NCBI GenBank assembly: GCA_964035545.1
Contig: OZ037765.1
Span: forward strand, 14,890,698-14,954,697
Source: Bugula neritina
Lineage: Eukaryota > Animalia > Bryozoa
DNA: 64,000 nt
Direction of reading: 5' to 3'
Positions 45,201 to 59,900 of the stretch are shown piece by piece; position 1 is the stretch's first letter; every line of letters begins with the position of its first letter. A program made the translations under genes and the position numbers. Below the pieces are notes generated by a model. It was given only the letters and a program-made list of their open reading frames with translations, was not told the DNA's origin and searched no databases.

Positions 45201-48200
45201 CTGCAACTCACTATAATATAGTGTAATATACAGACATGTACTGTGACATACTGAAATATACTGTAACATACTGAAATCTACTGCAACATACTGAAGTACA
45301 CTGCAACATACTGCAACATACGGAAATACACTGTAACATATTGAAATACACGACAACACATTGAAATATACTGCAACAGACTGAAGGATACGGCAACATA
45401 CTGAAATATACTGCGACACATTGAAATATACTGCAACATACTGAAATATGCTGTAGCATACTGAAATATACTGTAACACACTGTAAAATACTGCAACATC
45501 TGCAACATACTGACATACACTGGAACATACTGAAATACACTGCAACATACTACAACATACTGAAAAACACTGTACCCTACTGAAATATGCTGTAGCACAC
45601 TGAAATATACTGCAACATACTGAAATATAATGCAAGTTACTACAACATACTGAAATACACTGTGACATACTGAGATACACTGCAACATACTGCAACATAC
45701 TGCAACATACTGAAATACACTGTAACCTGCTGAAATACACTGCAACATACTACAACATACTGAAATACACTGTAACATTATGAATTACACTGCAACACAT
45801 TGAAAAATACTGCAACATATCGAAATATATGGCAAACAACTGAAATATACTGTAACACATCGAAAAATACTGCAACATACTGAAATATACTGTAACACAC
45901 TGAAAGATACTGCAACATACTGAAATACATTGTAACATACTGAAATATACTGCAACATACTGCAACATACTGAAATACACTGTAACATACTGAAATACAC
46001 TGCAACATACTGCAACATACTGAATTACACTGTAACATATTGAAGTCCACTGCAACACATTGAAACATACTGCAACACACTGAAACATACGGCAACATAC
46101 TGAAATATACTGCAACACATTGAAATATACTGCAACATAGTCAAATATAATGCAAGATACTGTAACATTCTGAAACACACTGTGAGATACTGAAAAACAC
46201 TGTGACATACTTAAATACACTGCAACATACTGCAACATACTGAAATACACTGCAACACATTGAAATAAACCGCAACATACTTAAATATACGGTAACATAC
46301 TGAACTATACTGTAACTCATTGAAAAACATTGCAACATACTGAAACATACTGAAATATGCTGTAGCACACTGAAATACACCGCAGTTCACTGAAAAATAG
46401 TGTAATATACGGAAATGTACCGTAACATACTGAAATATACTGTAACAGACTGAAATGTACTGTAACACACTGAAATATACTGCAACATGCTGAAATACAC
46501 TGTAACATATTGAAATATACTGCAACATACTGCAACATACCGAATTACACTGTAACAAACTGAAATACACTCCAACATACTGCAACATACCGAAATACAC
46601 TGTAACATACTGAAATACACTGCAACATACTGCAACAAACTGAAATACATTGGAACATATTGAAACACACTACAACACATTAAAATATACTGCAACACAC
46701 TGAAACATACGGCAACATACTGAAATATACTGCAAAACATCTAAATATACTGCTACATACTGAAACATGCTGTAGCATACTGAAATACACTGCAACACAC
46801 TGAAGTATACTGTAATATACAGAAATGTACTGTAACATACTGAAACGTGCGTCAACATACTGAAATGTACTCCAACATGCTGAACTATACTGCAACATAC
46901 TGAAATACACTGTAATATACTGAATTAAACTGCAACATACTGCAACATACTGAAATAAGCTGTACCATATTGAAATACACTACAACACATTGTAATATAC
47001 TGCAACATACTGAACCATACGGCAACATACTGAAATATACTGCAACACATTGAAATATACTGCAACATAGTCAAATATAACGCAAGATACTGTAACATTC
47101 GGAAAAACACTGTGACATACTGAAATACACTGCAACATACTGCAACATACTGCAACATACTGAAATACACTGCAACACATTGAAATAAACCGCAACATAC
47201 TTAAATATACGGTAACATACTGAAATATACTGTAACTCATTGAAAAACATTGCAACATACTGAAACATACTGAAATATGCTGTAGCACACTGAAATACAC
47301 CGCAGTTCACTGAAAAATAGTGTAATATACGGAAATATACCGTAACATACTGAAATATACTGTAACAGACTGAAATGTACTGTAACACACTGAAATATAC
47401 TGCAACATGCTGAAATACACTGTAACGTACTGAAATATACTGCAACATACTGCAACATACCGAATTACACTGTAACAAACTGAAATACACTCCAACAAAC
47501 TACAACATACTGAAATACACTGTAACATATTGAAATACACCGCAACACATTGAAATATACTGCAACATACCGAAATATATGGTAAACTACTGAAATATAC
47601 TGTAACACATGGAAACATACCGCAAAATACTAAAATACACTGCAACACACTGAAGTATACTGTAATATATAGAAATGTACTGTAAAATACTTAAACATAT
47701 GACAACATACCAAAAAATATACTGTAACATACTGAATTACACTGCAATATCCTGAAATATACTTCAACATACTGAAACATACCTAAAAACCTTGAAATAT
47801 ACTGAAATACAGTGTAGGATATTGAAATACACTGCAACAATTTGGAATATACAGCAACATACCGAAATATATGGTAACCTACTGAAATATGTTGCAAACT
47901 ACTGAAATATACTGCAACATACTGCAACATAATGAAATATACTATAACACACTGGAATAAACTGCAAAATACTGAAATATACTGTAACATACTGAAACAT
48001 ACTGCAACATACCGAAATATACTGTAACATTCTGAAATATACTGCAAGATACTGCAATATACTGAAATACACTGTAACATACTGAAATACACTGCAACAT
48101 ACTGCAACATACTGACATACACTGGAACATACTGAAATACACTGCAACATACTACAACATACTGAAATACACTGTAACCTACTGAAATATGCTGTAGCAC

Positions 48201-51200
48201 ACTGAAATATACTGCAACATACTGAAATATAATGCAAGTTACTACAACATACTGAAATACACTGTGACATACTGAAATACACTGCAACATACTGCAACAA
48301 ACTGAAATACATTGGAACATATTGAAACACACTACAACACATTAAAATATACTGCAACACACTGAAACATACGGCAACATACTGAAATATACTGCAAAAC
48401 ATCTAAATATACTGCTACATACTGAAACATGCTGTAGCATACTGAAATACACTGCAACACACTGAAGTATACTGTAATATACAGAAATGTACTGTAACAT
48501 ACTGAAACGTACGTCAACATACTGAAATGTACTCCAACATGCTGAACTATACTGCAACATACTGAAATACACTGTAATATACTGAATTAAACTGCAACAT
48601 ACTGCAACATACTGACATACACTGGAACATACTGAAATACACTCCAATATACTACAACATACTGAAATACACTGTAACCTACTGAAATATGCTGTAGCAC
48701 ACCGAAATATACTGCAACATACTGAAATATAATGCAAGTTACTACAACATACTGAAATACACTGTGACATACTGAGATACACTGCAACATACTGCAACAT
48801 ACTGCAACATACCGAATTACACTGTAACAAACTGAAATACACTCCAACATACTACAACATACTGAAATACACTGTAACATATTGAAATACATCGCAACAC
48901 ATTGAAATATACTGCAACACACTGAAATATACTGTAACACACTGTAATATACTGCAACATACTGCAACATACTGACATACACTGGAACATACTAAAATAC
49001 ATGCCAACATACTACAACATACTGAAATACACTGTAACCTACTGAAATATGCTGTAGCACACTGAAATATACTGCAACATACTGAAATATAATGCAAATT
49101 ACTACAACATACTGAAATACACTGTGACATACTGAGTTACACTGCAACACCTTGAAATATAGTGCAACACACTGAAAGATACGGCAACATACTGAAATAT
49201 ACTGCGACACATTGAAATATACTGCAGCATACTGAAATATGCTGTAGCATACTGAAATATACTGTAACACACTGAAATATACTGCAACATACTGAAATAC
49301 ATTCTAACATACTGAAATATACTGCAACATACTGAAATACACTGTAACATACTGAAATATACTGCAACATACTGCAACATACTGAAATACACTGTAACAT
49401 ACTGAAATACACTGGAACATACTGCAACATACTGAAATACACTGGAACATATTGAAACACACTACAACACATTGAAATATACTGCAACACACTGAAACAT
49501 ACAGCAACATACTGAAATATACTGCGACACATTGAAATATACTGCAACATAGCTAAATATAATGCAAGATACCTCAACATTCTGAAATACACTGTGACAT
49601 ACTGAAATACACTGCAACATACTGCAACATACTGCAACATACTGAAATACACTGCAACACATTGAAATAAACCGCAACATACTTAAATATACGGTAACAT
49701 ACTGAAATATACTGTAACTCATTGAAAAACATTGCAACATACTGAAACATACTGAAATATGCTGTAGCACACTGAAATACACCGCAGTTCACTGAAAAAT
49801 AGTGTAATATACGGAAATATACCGTAACATACTGAAATATACTGTAACAGACTGAAATGTACTGTAACACACTGAAATATACTGCAACATGCTGAAATAC
49901 ACTGTAACATACTGAAATATACTGCAACATACTGCAACATACCGAATTACACTGTAACAAACTGAAATACACTCCAACAAACTACAACATACTGAAATAC
50001 ACTGTAACATATTGAAATACACCGCAACACATTGAAATATACTGCAACATACCGAAATATATGGTAAACTACTGAAATATACTGTAACACATGGAAACAT
50101 ACCGCAAAATACTAAAATACACTGCAACACACTGAAGTATACTGTAATATATAGAAATGTACTGTAAAATACCTAAACATATGACAACATACCAAAAAAT
50201 ATACTGTAACATACTGAATTACACTGCAATATCCTGAAATATACTTCAACATACTGAAACATACCTAAAAACTTTGAAATATACTGAAATACAGTGTAGG
50301 ATATTGAAATACACTGCAACAATTTGGAATATACAGCAACATACCGAAATATATGGTAACCTACTGAAATATGTTGCAAACTACTGAAATATACTGCAAC
50401 ATACTGCAACATAATGAAATATACTATAACACACTGGAATAAACTGCAAAATACTGAAATATACTGTAACATACTGAAACATACTGCAACATACCGAAAT
50501 ATACTATAACATTCTGAAATATACTGCAAGATACTGCAATATACTGAAATACACTGTAACATACTGAAATACACTGCAACATACTGCAACATACTGACAT
50601 TCACTGGAACATACTGAAATACACTGCAACATACTACAACATACTGAAATACACTGTAACCTACTGAAATATGCTGTAGCACACTGAAATATACTGCAAC
50701 ATACTGAAATATAATGCAAGTTACTACAACATACTGAAATACACTGTGACATACTGAAATATACTGCAACATACTGCAACATACTGAAATACACTGTAAC
50801 ATATTGAAATACACTGCAACATACTGCAACAAACTGAAATACATTGGAACATATTGAAACACACTACAACACATTAAAATATACTGCAACACACTGAAAC
50901 ATACGGCAACATACTGAAATATACTGCAAAACATCTAAATATACTGCTACATACTGAAACATGCTGTAGCATACTGAAATACACTGCAACACACTGAAGT
51001 ATACTGTAATATACAGAAATGTACTGTAACATACTGAAACGTACGTCAACATACTGAAATGTACTCCAACATGCTGAACTATACTGCAACATACTGAAAT
51101 ACACTGTCATATACTGAATTAAACTGCAACATACTGCAACATACTGAAATAAGCTGTACCATATTGAAATACACTACAACACATTGTAATATACTGCAAC

Positions 51201-51390
51201 ATACTGAACCATACGGCAACATACTGAAATATACTGCAACACATTGAAATATACTGCAACATAGTCAAATATAACGCAAGATACTGTAACATTCGGAAAA
51301 ACACTGTGACATACTGAAATACACTGCAACATACTGCAACATACTGCAACATACTGAAATACACTGCAACACATTGAAATAAACCGCAAC
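39246..51390 (+). repeat. 10-bp satellite array, segment 3
   Basis: Same monomer family and orientation. Confidence 0.99.
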
Positions 51391-53931
51391 CACAGTTGGT
51401 TTAAGGTCATTACTTTCCAGATTCAGGCACTGCTTTATGTTATATATAAACGGTTTCCAGGGGATAGCTCGAACAGTTTTTGTCTCACATTAACAAATTT
51501 TACAAGAAAAGATAGCTCTTGCATTCCTCTTTCATATACTTTTTTAGTTTTTCAATAAAAAATTTTCTGAGAAAGTTGTTGCATAATAAGTAAAATTTTA
51601 CACCCTCCATGTTCCACTGCTGTAGCACAGGGGATTCATTTTATAAAGTCTAAAAGTTAAACTTGACATTCCTTGATATGTTTTCTCTAATATACTTTCT
51701 TTGTTTTTTGAAATTCTGTTTATGCTCTTCACAATTTGGTAAAAACATACACCATTTTGCAAGTTTCACTGCAATTTTCTAAATTCTTCATATGGTGGTT
51801 CTAGCTACGCTCCTGTGACTAATTATAACATTCCTAGTACGTTTGCCGCTCTGCGCTATCACAATAACATATAGTACCCTCTCGCACAAATTGGCAATCT
51901 ATTGGATTTCTGCCAATATAATGTTCCCTGTTTTACATTAGCACTTAGCTGAATCATCTTACTATGTTACAATAATATATTGAAAATGCCTCAGCACAAC
52001 ATAATTCTTTGTTTGTTTGGCAGAGTTAATTTCAGCTAAATCACTTCACTTTGCAGTCTTGTCAGTAAAGGTGTACTTTCAGTTTCTCTAATTCACATAT
52101 GATTATTTTAAGTACATTGTATTCTATAAGATCAATTTAAGGTTTAGTCCAGTGTTCAGTATCTAATTATTATGCATGTATGTTGTCTTACTGTTGAACA
52201 AAAGTTCAAAAAAAAACTTTACAATTATAGCCATATTTATTATACATGCGTAGGATTTGCATAAGTTGACAAAACAAATTGCATCAAAACAGGGTTGAAC
52301 CATGACCAACCAACTCGACGCTGACGCCTCTAACTTCTGGACCACGCAGTCATCGTTAATAAGACCTGCACTGTATGAGTAACTATCATTACATAAATAT
52401 TTCTCGCGCAAATGGGTTATAATTATTAGGCTGTCAATTCATGTTGATAGCAGTCAACTGTTGCAATAGTCTCGGGTTACTAGCAAAGCTAATGGTTTTG
52501 AACAAATAACCCAAAAGTTTAAAAATAAGTAGCTTGCGTATTACTAGCTACAAAAACAGGTCTGAAATAGACTGGTAAAGCAAGCTCTTATTGTAGAGTT
52601 TGCAGATGTGCTCTAAAATAAAACTTAAACTGTATGCTATTACATAAGTATTTGTATGCGAGAGATAAATGGACATTACTGAAGTTCTGGAAAACAACAT
52701 ACTTGAAGTTAACTTTGACAATGGTGTGTTATTTTCATCATAGCTAGCCTATAGCATAAATCTCTAATCATATGAATCTTTATGAAGCCCACAGCTCATG
52801 TAAGGGTGGCAATGTAATTTGAAACGAACAATTATGTTGCTGCATTGTGTCTAAGGTATATTAGAGAGCAGAATTTGGTTTTACTAGCCTACCCCAACGG
52901 CATTCTAGAATGCAGCTTATATGCTGGCAGTTGTAATAAGTACTGCCAATAGCAAGGTTACTATCACTTCTAGCTCTGTGCAGTATGTAACCTCTTGAAT
53001 AATTGCGCCAATTTTAAACTCTTGGAAGTTGGCCAAGTTATCATATCGCAGCCAGCCACCGGAGACAAAGCATCAGAGCTATTCATATAATATTATACTG
53101 ATGCACTTGGTAGCAGAGTGGCTAATCTAATATAGTTCATAGTTCAACACCCTTTACTTTGGGAATACAGCCTCTTTTTTTAGGTTTACCTTACAAAGCA
53201 TGAAAATATCTAAACTGATATTCTGATAATTTAGAGGTACATTTTGAAAACTAGGTTAATTGCACTTGTTTGCACAACAATAATAAAATTGATATTATGC
53301 AGTATAATAAAAACACACATAATACTATATAATATATTATAATGATAATAATATAATATTATAAGTACCATTACTGCATTTTATAAATCACATGGTTGCC
53401 AAAAAAATGTATCACAAATTTTGTAATTATACATCAAAAATAGAACTAGCTAGGCAGCAGGTTAGAATAGAGTAAATTTTTAAAACATGAAATCATGATT
53501 TGACTATTGTTTTATTTAGGCCAACCAACCTAGGAATACAAGATTGGGTTTTAGCTGACAGTTTATAACATTTAGCTTTTGAGCCAGCAGCACTGGCACT
53601 TGTGAAGTATAGGCAAAGTTAGTGAAGCGAGACTAACAAGCACTCAAATACAAGGCATATTGAGACGCAATAACAAGTCAGGAGCGTATAAATTGAAAAG
53701 AATGTGGAAGGGGGACTATGTTTTTCAACAAGCTATAACTTAAACATGAATTGGCTTTTGAAAAAAATAAAAAAGTATATTGGAGAACATAAGTTTTTTT
53801 ATCTTTTCATATTTTTTTTGTTCCTGTGACATTCAACCTGTTTGAGCTATCAGTGGAACATTGTTCATATAGAACATAAAGCACCTGGCAAAGAGCCAGA
53901 AAATGAAAAGTATGACCTTAAACCAACTGTG
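51391..53931 (-). mobile_element. Family A copy 2 (2541 bp), inverted relative to copy 1
   Basis: Reverse complement of 2056-4593 with a perfect 20-bp TIR CACAGTTGGTTTAAGGTCAT. The empty site near 47189 reads aaccgcaACatactta and the filled site reads aaccgcaAC[element]ACatactta, giving TSD AC. The paralog offset changes from 4194 to 6737 (2541+2). Confidence 0.95.
52271..52351 (-). ncRNA. tRNA-like Pol III unit in family A copy 2
   Basis: Minus strand: A-box-like TGGTCCAGAAG (52334-52344), B-box-like GGTTCAACCC (52292-52301), the same TCAGC/GTTGG stem with loop GTCGA, and downstream TTTGTTTT. Confidence 0.6.
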
Positions 53932-56900
53932 ACATACTTAAATATACGGTAACATACTGAAATATACTGTAACTCATTGAAAAACATTGCAACATACTGA
54001 AACATACTGAAATATGCTGTAGCACACTGAAATACACCGCAGTTCACTGAAAAATAGTGTAATATACGGAAATATACCGTAACATACTGAAATATACTGT
54101 AACAGACTGAAATGTACTGTAACACACTGAAATATACTGCAACATGCTGAAATACACTGTAACATACTGAAATATACTGCAACATACTGCAACATACCGA
54201 ATTACACTGTAACAAACTGGAATACACTCCAACAAACTACAACATACTGAAATACACTGTAACATATTGAAATACACTGCAACACATTGAAATATACTGC
54301 AACATACCGAAATATATGGTAAACTACTGAAATATACTGTAACACATGGAAACATACCGCAAAATACTAAAATACACTGCAACACACTGAAGTATACTGT
54401 AATATATAGAAATGTACTGTAAAATACTTAAACATATGACAACATACCAAAAGATATACTGTAACATACTGAATTACACTGCAATATCCTGAAATATACT
54501 TCAACATACTGAAACATACCTAAAAACCTTGAAATATACTGAAATACAGTGTAGGATATTGAAATACACTGCAACAATTTGGAATATACAGCAACATACC
54601 AAAATATATGGTAACCTACTGAAATATGTTGCAAACTCCTGAAATATACTGCAACATACTGCAACATAATGAAATATACTATAACACACTGGAATAAACT
54701 GCAAAATACTGAAATATACTGTAACATACTGAAACATACTGCAACATACCGAAATATACTGTAACATTCTGAAATATACTGCAAGATACTGCAATATACT
54801 GAAATACACTGTAACATACTGAAATACACTGCAACATACTGCAACATACTGACATACACTGGAACATACTGAAATACACTGCAACATACTACAACATACC
54901 GAAATACACTGTAACCTACTGAAATATGCTGTAGCACACTGAAATATACTGCAACATACTGAAATATAATGCAAGTTACTACAACATACTGAAATACACT
55001 GTGACATACTGAAATACACTGCAACATACTGCAACATACTGCAACATACTGAAATACACTGTAACATATTGAAATACACTGCAACATACTGCAACATACT
55101 GCAACACACTGAAACATACGGCAACACACTCACATGTACAGCGACACATTGAAATATACTGCAACATACTGAAATATGCTGTAGCATACTGAAATACACT
55201 GCAACACACTGGAATATACTGCAACATACTGCAACATACCGAAATACACTGTAACATACTGAAATACACTGCAACATACTGCAACATACTGAAATACACT
55301 GGAACATATTGAAACACACTACAACACATTGAAATATACTGCAACACACTGAAACATACAGCAACATACTGAAATATACTGTGACACATTGAAATATACT
55401 GCAACATACTGAAATATGCTGTAGCATACTGTAATATACTGTAACACACTGTAATATACTGCAACATACTGCAACATACTGACATACACTGGAACATACT
55501 GAAATACACTCCAATATACTACAACATACTGAAATACACTGTAACCTACTGAAATATGCTGTAGCACACCGAAATATACTGCAACATACTGAAATATAAT
55601 GCAAGTTACTACAACATACTGAAATACACTGTGACATACTGAGATACACTGCAACATACTGCAACATACTGCAACATACCGAATTACACTGTAACAAACT
55701 GAAATACACTCCAACATACTACAACATACTGAAATACACTGTAACATATTGAAATACATCGCAACACATTGAAATATACTGCAACACACTGAAATATACT
55801 GTAACACACTGTAATATACTGCAACATACTGCAACATACTGACATACACTGGAACATACTAAAATACATGCCAACATACTACAACATACTGAAATACACT
55901 GTAACCTACTGAAATATGCTGTAGCACACTGAAATATACTGCAACATACTGAAATATAATGCAAATTACTACAACATACTGAAATACACTGTGACATACT
56001 GAGTTACACTGCAACACCTTGAAATATAGTGCAACACACTGAAAGATACGGCAACATACTGAAATATACTGCGACACATTGAAATATACTGCAGCATACT
56101 GAAATATGCTGTAGCATACTGAAATATACTGTAACACACTGAAATATACTGCAACATACTGAAATACATTCTAACATACTGAAATATACTGCAACATACT
56201 GAAATACACTGTAACATACTGAAATATACTGCAACATACTGCAACATACTGAAATACACTGTAACATACTGAAATACACTGGAACATACTGCAACATACT
56301 GAAATACACTGGAACATATTGAAACACACTACAACACATTGAAATATACTGCAACACACTGAAACATACAGCAACATACTGAAATATACTGCGACACATT
56401 GAAATATACTGCAACATAGCTAAATATAATGCAAGATACCTCAACATTCTGAAATACACTGTGACATACTGAAATACACTGCAACATACTTCAACATACT
56501 GCAACATACTGCAACATACTGAAATACACTGTAACATAATGAAGTGCACTGCAACACATTGAAACATACTGCAACAAACTGAAACATACGACAACATACT
56601 GAAATATACTGCAACACATTGAAATATACTGCAACATAGTCAAATATAATGCAAGATACTGTAACATTCTGAAACACACTGTGAGATACTGAAATACACT
56701 GCAACATACTGCAACATACTGCAACATACTGCAACATACTGAAATACACTGTAACATATTGAAGTACACTGCAACACATTGAAATATACTGCAACACACT
56801 GAAACATACTGCAACATACTGAAATATACTGCAACATATCGAAGTATATCGTAATATACGGACATGCACTGTAACATACTGAAACATACTGAAACATACT

Positions 56901-59900
56901 GAAACATACTGAAATATACTGGAACATACCGAAATATACTTCAACATACTAAAATATACTGCAACATACTGAAACATACTGAAATACACTGTAACATACT
57001 GAAATACACTGCAACACATCGGAATAAATTGTAACATACCTAAATATACGGAAATATACTGAAATATACTGCTCACATTGAAAAACACTGCAACATACTG
57101 AAATTTGCTGTAGCACAATGAAATTCACTGCAACCCACTGAAATATAGTGTAATATACGGAAATGTACTTTAACATACTGAAATATACTGCAACACATTG
57201 ACATATACTGCAACACACTGAAACATACGGCAACATATTGAAATATACTGCAACACATTGAAACATACTGCAACACACTGAAACATACGGCAACATACTG
57301 AAATATACTGCAACATACTGCAACGTACTGAAATACACTGTAACGTACTGAAATACACAGCAACATACTGCAACATACTGCAACATACTGAAATAAGCTG
57401 TAACATATTGAATTACACTGCAACACATTGAAATATACTGCAACACACTAAAACATACGGCAACATACTGAAATATACTGCAACACACTGAAACATACGG
57501 CAACATACTGAAATATACTGCAAAACATTGAAATATACTGCTACATACTGAAACATGCTGTAGCATACTGAAATACACTGCAACACACTGAAGTATACTG
57601 TAATATACAGAAATGTACTGTAACATACTGAAACATACGTCAACATACTGAAATGTACTCCAACATGCTGAACTATACTGCAACATACTGAAATACACTG
57701 TAATATACTGAATTAAACTGCAACACATTGTAATATACTGCAACATACTGAATCATACGGCAACATACTGAAATATACTGCAACACATTGAAATATACTT
57801 CAACATATTGAAATATGCTGTAGCGCCCTGAAATTCACTGCAACTTACTGAAATATAGTGTAATATACGGAATTGTACTGTAACCTACTGAAATATACTG
57901 TAACACACTGAAATATGCAGTCACATACTGAAATATACTGTAAATTATTAGAATTATACTGCAACATACTGCAACATACTGAAATACACTGTAACCTACT
58001 GATATACACTGCAATATACTACAACATACTGAAATACACTGTAACATATTGAAATACGCTGCAACACATTGAAATATACTGCAACATACCGAAATATATG
58101 GTAAACTGCTGAAATATACCGTAACACATCAAAAAATACTGCAACATACTGAAATATACTGTAACACACTGAAATATACTGCAACTTACTGAAATACATT
58201 GTAACATACTGAAATATACTGCAACATACTGCAACATACTGAAATACACTGTAACATACTGATATACACTGCTATATACTACAACATACTGAAATACACT
58301 GTAACATATTGAAATACGCTGCAAAACATTGAAATATACTGCAACATACCGAAATATATAGTAAACTACTGAAATATACTGTAACACATCGAAAAATACT
58401 GCAACATACTGAAATATACTGTAACACACTGAAATATACTGCAACATACTGAAATACATTGTAACATACTGCAACATTCTGAAATACACTGTGACATATT
58501 GAAATACACTGCAACATACTGCAACATACTGCAACATACTACAACATACTGAAATACACTGTAACATATTGAAGTGCACTGCAACACATTGAAATATACT
58601 GCAACACACTGAAACATACAGCAACATACTGAAGTATACTGCAACACATTGAAAAATACTGCAACATACCGAAATATATGGTAAACTACTGAAATATACT
58701 GTAACACATTGAAAAAAATGCAACATACTGAAATATACTGTAACACACTGAAATATACTGCAAAATACTGAAATACACTGTAACATACTGAAATACACTG
58801 TAACACACTGAAATATACTGCAACACACTGCAATATACTGAAACACGCTGTAACATACTGAAATACACTGCAACATACTACAACATATTGAAATACACTG
58901 CAACACATTGAAATATACTGCAACACAATGAAACATACGGCAACATACTGAAACATAGTGCGACACATTGAAATATACTGCAACATAAAGAAACATGCTG
59001 TAGCATACTGAAATACACTGCAACACATTGAAGTATACTGTAATATACAGAAATGTACTGTAACATACAGAAACATACGTCAACATACTGAAATGTACTG
59101 CAACATGCTGAACTATACTGCAACATACTGAAATACACTGTAATATACTGAATTAAACTGCAACATACTGCAACATACTGAAATAAGCTGTAGCATACTG
59201 AAATACCTTGCAGCACACTGAAGCGTCCTGCAATATGCAGAAACGTACTGCAACATACTGAAATATACCGCAACAAACCGAAATTTATGGTATACTGAAA
59301 TATGTTGCAAACTAGTAAAATGTACTGCAACATACCGAAAATAACTGCAACTGTGCAATATAATGAAATATATTGCAAAAATACTGAAATATACTGCAAC
59401 AATTTGAAAGTTACTGTATGATACTGACATATACTGAAACACATTGAAACATACTGCAAGATACTGCAACATACTGAAATACACTATAACATACTGAAAT
59501 ACACTGCAACATACTGCAACATACTGCAACATACTGCAACATACTGAAATACACTGTAACATATTGAAGTACACTGCAATACATTGAAATTTACTGCACC
59601 ACACTGAAACATACAGCAACATACTGAAATACACTGTGACATACTGAAATACACTGCAACATACTGCAACATACTGCAACATACTGCAACATACTGAAAT
59701 ACACTGTAACATATTGAAATACACTGCAACGCATTGAAATATACTGCAACACAATGAAACATACGGCAACATACTGAAACATAGTGCGATTCATTGAAAT
59801 ATACTGCAACATACTGAAACATGCTGTAGCATACTGAAATACACTGCAACACATTGAAGTATACTGTAATATACAGAAATGTACTGTAACATACTGAAAC

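Noticed and set aside
53461-53519. Possible 59-nt GT-AG intron (CAG|gttaga...ttttatttag|G) in family A
   Set aside because: The flanking exon-like sequence has stops in all frames, so it cannot be supported without RNA data.
2056-53931. One giant ~52-kb composite transposon or inversion bounded by the inverted family A copies
   Set aside because: Each copy has its own TSD and matching empty site, and the satellite orientation is the same inside and outside.
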